A stretch of DNA of 64,000 nucleotides from Vermamoeba vermiformis. Its lineage: Eukaryota. The position numbers and the translations under genes were made by a program. Positions 1 to 13,425 of this stretch are shown here, in pieces (position 1 is the first letter of the stretch; every line of letters starts with the position of its first letter). The stretch spans positions 62,001 to 126,000 of the forward strand of contig JBEWZL010000200.1 in assembly GCA_045837725.1 (NCBI GenBank), in the 5' to 3' direction. A model generated the notes under the pieces. It was not told the origin of the DNA. It saw only the letters and a list, made by a program, of their open reading frames with translations, and ran no database searches.

Positions 1-1835
1 GATCGGAGCTAGCGTAATACGAACAAATATATGACTATAATATCTATCTCAATATTAAATTCGAATGATCGTTTGACTTACAGGTCTAACGCCTCCGTCA
101 GGTCTGAAATGTCGTCTGCTAAGTCCAAAATCGATAATAATAACAGTACGCGGATTGCCAGTTCGTTTCGTGCCTAATACAAAATTGCCCTAAAATAATA
201 AATTGACCGTTAGAAAAAATGAATTGGGTGGCACACCACGCCATAAATCAAGTATTTAATTTGGATTGGCAAACACCGAAAATAATTCGAGCTATTTTTA
301 GTTTTAAAAATATTTCGACTAAAATTGAACCAGAAGGAGGAGATTTAACCAATCAAGATGAAGGATCAAGATCCGATCTAATGAAACAAATAAATAAAGA
401 CTTACGGGTTTTATATCTCTATGAAGATATCCTCGGTCATGCACTTCTTTAACTGCACGAATAGTTTGAATTGCTAGCAATGCCGTCGTAGTGAGAGAAA
501 ATCGATGATCTGCTTGTTTTCGTCTCAAACTGCTCAAATTATCGGCATAGAGGTCCATAACTAATATATAAGGATGATTAGTATTTTTCGCTCGGGAACT
601 TGACGTAAAAGCTCCAAAATAATACAGCGTTGGTAGATCCCGCTTGCTGATCGACAACGCCGTTCTGTGAATTCTGGCAATAATGAAATATTTCTCCAAA
701 ATAAAGAATGAGAGTTGTCATCTCTTTCTTGAATGATTCACGCAGAACGCAATTCGCAAAATAAATTATTTTCCTGATCGGGCAATCAAGACATCAAAAT
801 AATGGTATGTCCCATAACTTACTCATATAATTGACTTGGTCCTTATGGCGGCCAGTTGATAAGAGTCGTGGTACATATTTACAGCCTATAATCAAAACAA
901 AGTCCGTTAGTAATCTCGCTCCATGGATCTCGCATAGAATTTAAGGATTTTACAAAGTTGCACGTGCATAAATAAAGTTTAATATCGGTGACTATGAGGG
1001 TATAATCCTATAGCAATACGTTCTTCGGAGAGCTAAATTGTAAAACTAGATTTGCTCGTTGGAAAAAAGATATTGAATTATTGTGCGTTTGTATAGTAAA
1101 ATAATGATATGTGCGGTGATCAATGAACGTTATATGTTCTATTTGCGCGTAAATTTCCAATACCAAAGGTTTAATTATTGAATTGGAAGTTTGATCGAGC
1201 GTTAGAATCCGAAAACATTGCAAAATTAGAGCGGCTAATCGTATTTTCATTATATTTGTGTTATATTACATATAAATACGGTATTCCACGCTCAGAGAGG
1301 CTATTTGAAGGTTATCTATGACCAGATTTGATCGGGCCCGTAAATTTTTGAATGGGCGCAATTTGATAATTGAATAAAGTGGTCTTAAAAATATCATACA
1401 TATCAAATTATATGCACGTCCAATGTAATCATTATTGTATTAATTACGATATTTTTCCGTTATGATTTTTCAGTTTTAATAAAGATGCGAGTTAATATTT
1501 TCTCCAATGGCTTACCTTTTAAATTTCTTAATATCCTTTCTTCTTCTAATAAATTTCCAGGTTTACTAAGTCGTTCTACTTTCACAGCGACGGAGTCTCC
1601 GGTCCTAACATGTCTTGCTGAATATATTTCACCTAATTTATTGCATATTAAATCAATCCAGTAATAATAATATTGATAATATTGCTGGCGTATTAATAAT
1701 ATTATGATAATTACCATAACCTCCTTTGCCTAATCTCTTCACAATTTTGTATTTTTCATCAATGACGTCGCCCTCGCTGAAAATATCTTCCTCTTCTTCA
1801 GCGGCACTACCTTCATTTCTGCCTTGCTGCGCCAT
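1..1835 (-). CDS. Tau-tubulin kinase / casein kinase 1-group Ser/Thr kinase, multi-exon, 3' part runs off the window start
   Basis: Exons give LGKGGY/GEIY, VAVKVE, MDLYADNLSSLRR, GYLHRDIKP, NFVLG and IIIDFGLSRRH motifs, separated by GT-AG introns. Confidence 0.85.
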
Positions 1836-2131
1836 TGTGTTATTATTGATGTCTAGACAGGCCGAACACGCAACAAAAACACAAAATTAAAATTTAGCGA
1901 GCGCTAGATAAACTTCATAAAACGGATGCACAATTTTTTCTGTCAGGCGACTCCGACATTGCCAATTATGCTTGTAGCAAGTAATGACAACCCTCATTAC
2001 ATTTACCGTCGAATAATCCACTGTTGCTAATTTGTGAACACGCCGAGACAAACACGAAATCCGGAACCTCTGCTTTGGTTCGCTAACATCGAAATCAAAT
2101 AATAAAATCCGACCAATTATCATATCACAGT

Positions 2132-4637
2132 ATGGATTGGAGGTTCGAAGGATGCGAGCTACCGTCTGAAATCTGGCATCTAATTGCGTCCTATCTTCCA
2201 GTAGTAGCTATAGTGAGGTAATTACGTACATATATAAATACCCACTAGCAGTGTTTATGTAATTATAATTCACTGCTGCGAGATCCGCTCCGTTTGTTAT
2301 TAATACAAAAAATACGATAGATTTTTTTGAGCGGTTTCTTTCGTGAAAAATAAATGAAAAATTATTTTCAAGCGTTGAGTTTAGCATAATGATATATTAG
2401 AGCTTCGGCATCTCCAGATCTGATCTAACAATTATTTATTAGAGCTTCAGAGGTCAACAAAGAAAGCACTAAATGTCTCTACTACATCTACGACTTGGAT
2501 TTAACGAAAATGGAGATTAATGCTTCGTGGCACAAGTTCAGCAGCATCGCGCGACGCCTGCCAAATGTTCGACGGCTTTCTGTCCACTGTGGCGTAAAAG
2601 CGCGGCATTTTGGACAAATGCTGCACATAAATTTTTTCCTGCGCAGCAGAAAACAAAAAGTTGCACATTCGCACAGTTCGCAAAAAGATCAATCTCGTAA
2701 CAGTGTCACCACAGAAGGTAAAACAACATTAATAGCTGTAGGTCAATATTACATATTAATTTCATGTGTAATATTACCCTCCGCTAACAGCAGGACCAAT
2801 AGTAATTTATTTAGATTTAGATATCGAAGATGTAGTGGCGAGGATCAATTGACAACCATATATAAACTGGTAATAAATACTTTTAAGTTTTTAACAGTAT
2901 TTGTACTAATAAATTTAACGTTTCAGATTGCGGATCGAATCGAATGCGTGCAGACTTGCTCCCATTTATTCGTAAGCACTAGTACTGCAGTATTTGGTGA
3001 AAAATAATATATTGCAAGCATTTAAGGCATTAACAATATTAACTATAATTTTGTAAGGCCAGAGTTGGAGATCTGTCATTGGATTTAAATTTTGAATAAG
3101 GAACGATAGGGTCCCTTTCAAACTTTGTATGGGTGCGTATTAAATATGTAACTAATACTAGGCAATATTGCTAACTCATCTGATTTCAGGATCCTGAAAG
3201 GGTCGATCTGGTGACAAAACTCGGCCCGCACGTCAAACTCAGGCAAGTAATTGAGATAATATAATATTATATATTATTCGAAGTAATATTAATATTAATA
3301 AATATTTAGATCTGATCGAGGTTCGGGGCCTGATGATCGCGAAGTTACTGCTGAACTGTGACGAGAAGTCACTTCTGGTTGTTAACCATAATAAATGATA
3401 CTTCTAGAAGTAATGTACTGGAAAATGCTCAGCTTTTTAAATGCTCGGAATCTTCGCCGCTCAGCACTTCTAAAAATGCCGAGCTTTTACGCCACAGTGT
3501 CAATATTAGGACGGAAAGCCACGTCAATGCGATGCATAATATAACAATACTAGAGAATTTACAAGAATTATTGCTCTATGGAGGCGTCTATTTGAATATT
3601 GGACAAAGACCGCTGATCTGCGACATTACGCAAAAGCTCCTTCACTTACAACGCTTACTTCTCGAAATATATCCTCGCAATCTCGATCAAATAGTGGATG
3701 CTACACCCAATCTTACGAGTTTGGCCATCAGCACGGCAAGACGAGATAAATTAATGCATCTGAACGCGTTAGCGAAATTAACCAAGCTCAAAGAACTGAA
3801 GATAGCCGCAATTGGCAATAAAGCGCTAGAACCCTTCGACAAGTTTTCACAGCTAACAACATTAACCAAGTTAAACTTGACCGGAGCCGAGTTCAACGAA
3901 GTTTTGAATTTTGGAGATCTGACTCTACTTGCCGACTTGGGCGTATTGAAGCTTAATCAGATAAAATACGACTCAATGAATGGCGTCATGCACAAACTGA
4001 CGAATTTGCGGCGCTTAGACTTTCTGCAGCACATCCACGGCTCGTCCAGCGAAACACTGTTGGACGAGTGTGAGGGGCTTACACGACTGACTCACCTTTA
4101 TATTGATGATGTATACGGAAAAGAGGCAAAGATTTTGGCTCTTTCGCAACTTAAAAGCTTTGCAGTAAGTATTTAGCGCAACTTTTTACTCGTGCACACG
4201 TGGATCTTCAACACTTTCGGTCAACTTTAGATCATTTACTAATCCTTTTTTGGGCATAGGTACTTGGCATGTTCAATGGCATCGAGACAATGTCACATTT
4301 GCGAAAGCTGAAATTGATCAGCATGATTCAAGCGGATGCGTTCCATGCTGTGTGTAGCTCGATGACAGCTTTGGAGCGCCTCTACCTGTGGTCGTGGCTG
4401 AATTGGCATATTCACGACAAAGACTTCGAGGATATCACGAAGCTAAATAACTTGACCTCATTGTATATCTATGGAATGGATCTAGTCACCAACGAGGGAT
4501 TTGGATGCGTAACCAAACTCACTCGGCTGCGGAGGTTGGATTTTGCCGGAGAATTAGTGACCACGGACGTGCTTTCTGAATTGAGGCAACTAACGAACCT
4601 TAACTTCCTTTGTATTAATTCTTCAATGCCTAAATGA
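2132..4637 (+). pseudogene. F-box + leucine-rich-repeat gene interrupted by a DNA transposon
   Basis: Exon 1 MDWRFEGCELPSEIWHLIASYL is F-box-like; LRRs in 3502-4637. Removing 2585-3501 restores the frame ...RRLSV|NIRTESH...; paralogue of 4722-6123. Confidence 0.8.
2585..3499. mobile_element. Non-autonomous CACTG-ended (CACTA/EnSpm, CMC-like) DNA transposon, 915 bp
   Basis: Terminal inverted repeats CACTGTGGCGTAAAAGC(G/T)CGGCATTTT (27 bp, 1 mismatch); 2-bp TC duplication at 2583-2584 and 3500-3501; short AAATGC-type subterminal repeats near the right end; no transposase ORF. Confidence 0.85.
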
Positions 4638-4721
4638 ACAATCAAAGAAAGATTTTTTGATTTACTTTTAGTAACAGCTACCACAACCGGAGTTTTAATC
4701 CTTAAACCCCTTATTAAGATA

Positions 4722-6123
4722 ATGAATTGGAGAATAGAAGGTCAGAGTTTACCGTCTGACATTTGGGGTATCATAATGACTTTTTTAGAAACAACAGAAA
4801 TTATACGGTGAGCGAAAGAATACTGCGAACAAAATATAAATATTTATTACTATTTTATATAATTATAGAGCCTCTCAAGTCGACAAAATCAGCCGGGATT
4901 GCAGATCATTTGTTCGTTATATAAAATACAGCCGGGAAAACTGGAGCCTGTTTGCTGAAAGAATGGCTCCGTTTCGAGGCATTACAAAACTAGATATTCT
5001 ACTGGTTGATGTTCTTGCCGAATTCAAACACATAACAATGTTGCAAAAGTTGCGCCATCTTCATCTGTTTGTTGCAGATCAGACGAACGTGGTTCCAATA
5101 CTGGCGAAACTGACGTCCCTTCAAGCATTGGAATTAAATATTGATGAAAATATAGACGCTATTGCAGAGAACTGCACGCAGATTACGCACCTGTCACTCA
5201 GATCCTTCTTCAGCTCATACAGATTCCGGTTCGCGAGTGCGCTGCCCAGATTTACACAATTGCAACACTTACAACTAGCAATTGCAACCCGCGTGGATTT
5301 AGCAGACATCCCGGATCTGGCAATATGGAGTCGTCTCACCTCGTTAGTGCTTTCAACTTTCAGGACGTTCCATTCACCGTCTTACAATCACTTTGAATCA
5401 AATCTAATGCGGGGGCAATTAAGCGCGTTAACCAATCTACGCGTGCTAGAAATATCAAATGTAGCCATCAAAAAAGACGAGGCAGTGTATTTACAGTCAT
5501 TTGCAAATTTGACCAATTTGGAGCGATTGGAGCTAAACAGGCCGCCCTATCCATCGTATGAATGTGTTAGCAACATGCCAAACCTGACGTGTTTGATAAC
5601 GGCAGATAATAAATCCGCAGAAAACAATTACTACAAGCTGGAGAGTCTGACCAAGTTGCAAGCACTACAGCTCCTAGTATGTCTTTTTTACGTTACGTCT
5701 ATTCTAATACTCTAAAAGGTCTATCAAGGTTTACAAAGCAAGTTGACGTTGCTGCCGCAGACCATAACGAAGTTGCATTTGATTGAAAGTGGCTCCCCAA
5801 TGAACAAAAGCTTTGTTTTTGAGATGGTGCAACACTTGCCACGATTAGAAGACTTGTCAATGGAGCGCTGCAAAACCCTGTTGCCGCATCCAACGGTAGA
5901 AGACATTAGTCCTCTGACAAGCTTGGAACGACTGACTTCATTGAATCTGCATAAATACCACTCAATTACTAGTGAAGAAATGACAACAATAATCAAGCAC
6001 TTTACCAACCTGAAATATTTGTATCTAAAAGGCCACCAATTAAGCGCTTCAAAAATGTTGGAAGTCATCTCAATGCCGTCGTTAAAGAGGATACACTTAA
6101 ATGGTACCTTAGTAAAGGAATGA
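4722..6123 (+). CDS. F-box + leucine-rich-repeat protein (3 exons)
   Basis: MNWRIEGQSLPSDIWGIIMTFL F-box start followed by LxxLxxLxL repeats; introns near 4808-4868 and 5677-5718 keep the frame. Confidence 0.8.
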
Positions 6124-6299
6124 CGAGTTTAAAAATAAATTATACCGATTTGGCGTTGACACGTGTCATTAGCCTCGAGTTTTTTTGCTTGCATTTTACG
6201 AAGCACAAAATACGAACAACAATGCTCAGGCATTGAAATATTATTTATATATTTGTAATTTCTTCAATCCAAGGCAGAGAGGCTTTAAAGAGAAGAAAA

Positions 6300-9200
6300 A
6301 TGTGGCTGATCAGATCTCTGCTTTTGATAGTCGTTTTATACGGCGTAATTACTCCTTCCACAACGTTGGAGAGCCAAGAATATTCTTTTTTTCAGGATTT
6401 TTTCCTCTTAAATCCGCCAGCGTGGACACGCTATTTAACACCAGGATGGGACTCAACCCAAATCGTATCAGCTTGCGATTGGGCAGGTGTAATGTGCAAC
6501 AGTAATCAAACAAACGTTATACGATTGTAAGTTTAAAGATCAATATTGAAGCAAAAAGTTTCGAGACAGATCTGACATTTGATTTCAATAGAATTTAAGA
6601 CTCAACGAAATTATAAATTTAAATATCGTTTATTTATTTACGGCAATTAATTGCTACTAATATTTTAATTAATTAATGAGATACTGTTTGAATTCGAATT
6701 TTCTCGCGAAAGAGACGGCGAGCACAAACCGTCCATTCTACCTTTTAGGGCTTTTATTTGACTATAAATCATGTACTGAATTAAGGAATCACGACATAAC
6801 GAATCAATTTTATTACTAGGGTTTTGGACGGAATCCGATCTCTAACAACCTCGAACATAACATTGCCGCCGTCAATTAACAAATTAACGCAGCTGCAAGA
6901 GCTGTAAGTATTCATAATGAAAAGATTAGAACATGAACCTCATTGTGCACGTGCAAATCCGCTGTCGTTTGGCGGATTTTATTTGTGATTCACGCGGCAT
7001 TATTAGAACAAATATACTACCTCTTATTGATTAATATGATTCAGATCTCTTGGCCAAATTCCGCTGGGACGTTTGCCGGATGCAGTTACACAACTTTCGA
7101 ACTTGCAAATTCTGTAAGATCAGCGTTTTTAGAACCATATTATTTTTAATAATACTAATTCTCATTAAGGAACTTGGATCGGACGAATATTCCCTCTTTG
7201 CCAGACAATATTGGCGCGCTAAAAAATTTAACTCGAATGTAAGTGCTCCTAAATTACTATTTATTGAGTAATAATTGCTAATTTAATATTACAGTGATTT
7301 ACCAGCTATATCAAGTTTACCACTATCATTTAGAGACTTAACGTCACTTACGCAACTGTACGTCAATTTTTTTAGATCTTAAAAGCAGCTTAATTTACAT
7401 TGATAATTATAGAAATGCTAGAACGTTTAATTTTCGAGCGATGCCTACTATTTTATGCGAGCTAAAATCGCTTCAAATAATTCGTATTGTCGGTGGAATA
7501 CTTAGCGAAGCTTTCCCGCCCTGCTTTGGACAATTAACGGACTTGATTGAACTGTAAGTAAAACGCTATTAAGTAAGGCATATGAGCTAATCCGTATCAT
7601 TTTGCAGTAATATTCAATCGTCAAACTTGAACCACTTTCCTCTTTTTTCAACCTGGCAAAAACTAGAGATTTTGTAAGTAGAAAAAGAAAAGCTTATTCC
7701 CTTATAATTAATCGGTCATATTATTTAGGACGATTGGATACGCTAATTTGCAAGGCACAATTCCTGAAATAATTGGATCGCTAACCAACCTTCGTGAACT
7801 GTATGACAAGTCAACAATTTTTTCTACGACCATCAACTAATATTAATCTATTTGCAGTACTCTTCGCAGCAATATGCTTACGGGGACATTGCCCAGATCG
7901 ATCGGCAATCTGCAAAATTTGGTCTCTTTGTTCGTGGATGTCAACAGGTTAACAGGGACGATTCCAAGTACCATTGGTAACTTGACCAATCTAAGTACGC
8001 TGTAAGTATACTACTTGAAGCCTATACGACGGGCATATATTTATTGACTCAATTATAGCATGCTATTGTCCAATCAGTTCACCGGAACATTGCCTCGTGA
8101 AATTGGCAATTTGATTCATTTACAGCACTTGTGAGTTGATTTTATTTCGTGAAATATCTATTATTAACATTATAAAAGGGATATAAGCACCAATAGGCTT
8201 ACGGGATCGCTTCCTGAAGAGCTCGGACTTTTGACCAACCTGACAGCTTTGTAAGCGGATCTGACGCGTCTTCGCTTCAACCTATACTAATATATGAGTA
8301 TTATAGTGCCTTCACCGATAACTTGTTCAGCGGATCTATTCCTGCATCAATCGTCAATACCTCCTTGCGTTCAATGTAAGATTGGATCTGCAGATCCGTT
8401 TGTCACATTGCCGTTGATTCTAATTGCATTATTCATAGTAACGGAGGCAACAACCAGTTGAGTGGACAAATCCCTGAGGAAATTGGCAAATTGCCTTTAA
8501 GAACAGTGTACGCATCCGCAGATCAAATCCGTTATTTTCGTAACGTAACCTCGTTTTGCTTAGATTGCTATCAAATAATCAACTCTCTGGAACACTGCCG
8601 CCAAGTTTTGAGAATTGTACTATGATGAGAGATTTCAACGTCGCCTTTAACTTAATATCTGGCCCCGTGTTCGATTTCACGAAGTTTACTCAATCAGTCT
8701 CCTTGTACGTACTCGAAAATTATTTTTTCTACCTAAATTCAATCAATTAATGTAATTTTAGGTCGTTTCAATTCAATTTGCTGAACGGAACATTGCCCAG
8801 CGAAGGTTACGAACAATTAATTCGACTAGAAACAATTTCATTTCAGAATAATGACATTCGCGGAACAATTCCGTCGTCTTTAGGAGCAATTAATGCTCGA
8901 ACAATGTAAGCACAAAAATCAAAACTAATGGCTGAACTGACAACTTTTAGTAACTTGTCGAGCAACTGGCTGATCGGAACTATTCCGCCAATTCTTCTCG
9001 TAAACAACACGCGCGTTACGTTTATGTAAGTTTAACTTGTTAAAATTATCATAGTTCGAGCTAATTTTTTGTTAAAGCGATCTTTCTGACAACTTGATCT
9101 CGGGCACTATTCCTCCCATCGACCTCGATAACATTCAAACACTGTAAGAACGGCATTATTCTTTTGGATTTGCGTATCTTATATTAATTGTTAATACAGA

Positions 9201-12200
9201 TTCTTCGAGGACAACATACTTAGTGGTCCTACACCTCCAACAAGTCATTTGAATAATTTGCAGTTTTTGGATTTCAGTCACAATCATCTGTCGGGCACTT
9301 TGCCGGCTTTTTCATCGAGATTGATATATTTGTAAGTATTATAACTATATCTATATAATACATCAAGCTCATTAGTGAATAGGGCACTTAACTTTAACAT
9401 GTTAGAAGGCACTATTCCACCTGAAATTTTCAACATCAACGGCCTCGGATTGCTGTAAGTATTGCCATTTATGGTAATAGCCGGCATTGAATAACACGTG
9501 TGCCTAAATAGGGACTTGTCGTATAACTTCTTGAACGGCACCATTCCACGACTTCCAGCAAGTCAAACTAGTTTGCGACACATGTAAGCTCTAACGTGAT
9601 TTTGTTTTGTTTGTACGGTGCTAATTTCTATTTGGCCTAGTGACTTGTCAAACAATCGACTGACCGGAGAACTTCCGCAAAGTTTGGTTACGATGGTTTC
9701 TATTCAGAACATGTACGTCAATTTCAAACTATCATTTGATATTATTATGCAGTTACTCGATTGATCATTGAGTATCAAACGAGAGTTGTTACCTAAAATA
9801 CGGAGCGAGATCTAATGATTTTTTTTTCAGCATTTTGTCCAATAATTTGCTGTCTGGAAACTTCCCGTTCACTGGCACTCTGTTCAACATTAACATTCTG
9901 TAAGTATCGTATTGTTTAATATGGAGCCTTATACTAACATTGAATCAGTCGAATTGATCGAAATTTCTTGACGGGAAATTTCCCTCGGCACTTTTTGGCA
10001 GCGGTTAACTTGGAGATTTTGTAAGTATTTAACGTTAAATGGCCTATTTAATAATATCTTTGCAGAGATTTATCGGATAATGAGCTAACCGGAGTTATTC
10101 CGTCTACCGCTGATCGGCCACGCAGATTGAAGGAACTATCTCTCGCCAGAAACAAATTAACGGGTGCAATTCCACCGACTTTGTCCAATATTGCAGGTTT
10201 GGAACGATTGTAAGTACACCATTAGTCCTTATAATAATTCAGGTTCTAACAATGTTTTAGGGATTTGTCGGGTAATCTGTTTATCGGAGGTATTCCGCCG
10301 CAATTAGGAACTTTACGTCGATTACGAGCCATTGATTTCTCGAAAAATGATTTGATCGGAACCATTCCCGACACAATCGAAGACTTGACACAATTGGAGG
10401 TTTTGTAAGTGTTACGCTAACGGCCAGATGTCACGTGCTTAACTGCGTTTCATGAACAGGGATCTTTCAGACAATCACATCGAAGGCACGATACCCGAAT
10501 TCATCGGCAACTTGTTCCAACTTCAAGTGCTCAATCTTGGAGGCAACAACTTGATTGGCTCTATCCCGAACTCGATTTTCAATTTGCGAGCCCTGGTCGA
10601 GCTGTGAGTAACTGTCAATTACACGTGTCAAAAAAAAAGTTCAGTAACTGACACCTGTCCAGTGACTTAGGCGATAATCATCTTCAAGGCACAGTTCCCA
10701 GAACTTTATTTACTTTACAGCGTGCTAAGGGACTGTAAGTACTAATCTTTTAAAGTAAAATCTGACCCGTGTCTGACGTACTTTTCGCAGTGATCTCTCG
10801 GACAACAATTTTGTCGGAACCTTGCCCTCAACCTTGTCGCAGATGCGCACTCTCGAGTACTTGTAAGTCCTTAATAACCGCACCATTGACTTATTTTCTA
10901 ACGTGTTTGCAGTAACATTGCCGACAATGCCTTCACGGGTCAAGTGCCGCCTTTGCACAGCTTGGCTAATCTTAAAGAGATGTAAGCTACATTAATCAAG
11001 TGACTAGGCAGTATGTTAATGGTCCTTATAATAAGCTATGTGCAATCAAATAAGTTCAGTGGTTGCATCCGATTGCCGCCGCAGTTCTCGGATCTGGATT
11101 CGAACAGCACATGCGTCCTCGACAACAACAACTTTTGTTGCGCTGATTCAGCGTATAATTGTCGATTTACTGATGGTACGTGCGATGAATACAGTTTTTT
11201 CTAGCACTTGCTAATGGTTCTGCAATAGGCCGATGCGACATCAATTCAGTTCTCAGAATTTCCTCAGGAAATCGGGTGAACATCAACGACGCTGATAGTT
11301 TCACAAGTGAGTATCGAGTACAATGATTATATACGGCAGTTTCTCATATTATCGTTTTAGAGCTCGTTGTGGAGCGAGGTGGAACCTTGGTCATAACACC
11401 ATCGGCCAGCATGTCGCTTGATTGCTTGGAGCTGCAAGGCACAATCGACATTGAAGTAAATGAAGAGTATGAGAGCAAGCAGTTCGAAATGGACTTGTTC
11501 GTCTATACCTGTGGATCCACACAGAACGTGACTTTCCGCACCAGCAAAGGTTGTCGCATTTCACAGAACCGAACGATCAGTCAAATTTCAGGCAATTTCA
11601 GATACGAACTACAACTGGATTGTTCGCTGAATTATATCTCGCAAGGTACACTCAAGTTTTCAATTTTTTCACATTTTCGACATGCTGGATCCGCGGACCT
11701 AACCTACGTCCTATATTTAGGCACTGTCATTGCTATTATTGTAGCGTCGTGTATCGCAGGAGCACTCGCGATTATCGTTGGTGCGGTGACATACAGATAC
11801 TTCAGAGGCAAGCGCCGTGTGAAGCAACTGCTCAACAGAGTCGAGTTGTTGACTTTGACAACAAAAACTTCTGATTATTCCACTCTACCGCAATGGCACG
11901 CTCCCGAACATTACGCTTTGAAGCCAATAGAAGATATGCCTATATACGTTGGTGGAACGAGGTTTGATTTTGGGGCCAAAGGCAACTTGCTCAGAATCGA
12001 GACCCAGTACAAAGACGTCATGAAAGTGCAAATCAAAACAAAGCAAGCACGAAGAGGAGGTCGTGGCCCTGGTCTAATCGAACGATTGCTCGACAAAAAT
12101 ATTACGGTGAAACTGCACCCCGTACAATCGGAGAAGTACCAGCTCGCAATAGATCCGCCCGAAATCCAAGTCAACGAAAAAGACGCGGTAGACGTCACTT

Positions 12201-13276
12201 TATTACTGCAAATGAAGATGACAACGAAGACCAACGTGTCGTTATGGGTTGAAATCCCCGAGCTGAAGGAGTTCTCGTTGCTCGAGTTTACAGCCGCAAG
12301 TGAACCGTCACCTTGGGTCGACATTGACGAAGTTGATGGCATTACTGAATCACTTGGAGAAGGTGGTTTTGGCACAGTCTACAAGGCTCGATATAGAGGT
12401 CAAACTGTCGCCTATAAGAAGTTGAAGGTTAGTCTCACGGCATGCTTCAAAGTGATCACTCCTAACGCTCGATTTTTTTTTCACAGTTCCAAGAATTGAA
12501 CGTGCAACAGTTCGAAGAGTTCAATCGTGAAGTCGCTATGATGATGAATTTGCATCATAAGAGCATTGTTCAGTTCATTGGTGCGTCAAAAGTGCCCGGC
12601 AAACTTGCCATCTTGACCGAGTTCATTCCTGGCGGTAACTTGCAAACGCTGTTGAACACGAAAACTTTGGATATCACTCTCAAGCTTAAGATTGCGTTGG
12701 ACATTGCCGAGGCATTGCAATTCTTGCACACGAACAATATTCTTCATCGCGACATCAAAGCTGAAAATATCTTGGTCGTGACCACGAACAGAGACGCCGC
12801 GATCAACGTCAAGTTAACGGACTTTGGCACAGCAAGATCGGTATCTGAACAAGTCACTATGAAGTTTACTAAGGGCATCGGTACTCCGACGTACATGGCT
12901 CCCGGTACGAACACTTTTTTTGACACGTGTCAAACATGTCACTTTTGGTTGCTGAAACTAACTTCGTTTAATAGAAATCTTGGATAATAAGACATATGAA
13001 AAAGCAGCCGACGTCTACAGTTTTGGCATTCTATTGTGGGTGCTAATAACGCAAGAGCAGCCCTACTCGTTCGTCCAACAAGCATGGGAAGTCGCGAGTT
13101 ACGTAATCTCCGGAAAAAGATTGCCTATTCCTTCAGACACACCAGTATCGGTTGCAGAGCTGATTAGAAAGTGTTGGGCTCAATTACCAGCCGACAGACC
13201 GACGTTTGATGATGTAGTGAAAGAGCTCTCGGTCATCGTTGAAATTTCAATGACGAAGCTAATCAGCTTTTTCTAG
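6300..13276 (+). CDS. LRR receptor-like transmembrane kinase (TKL group), about 35 exons
   Basis: Signal peptide; LRR N-cap (SACDWAGVMC); many 24-aa LxLxxNxLxGxIP repeats; TM helix TVIAIIVASCIAGALAIIVGAVTY; juxtamembrane domain; kinase LGEGGFGTVY/HRDIKAEN/DFG/GTPTYMAPE. Confidence 0.92.
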
Positions 13277-13425
13277 TAGTTGTACAATATAACAAAGTGA
13301 TAGAAGTCATGGAGTTGTTTATTAAATAACAGATACCACATGATTTTAACTTCTGAATTAATATTAATTATTATTTATTTTTACAACGATATTATCATTT
13401 CGTGATAACCTTTTTTTATAGGGTT

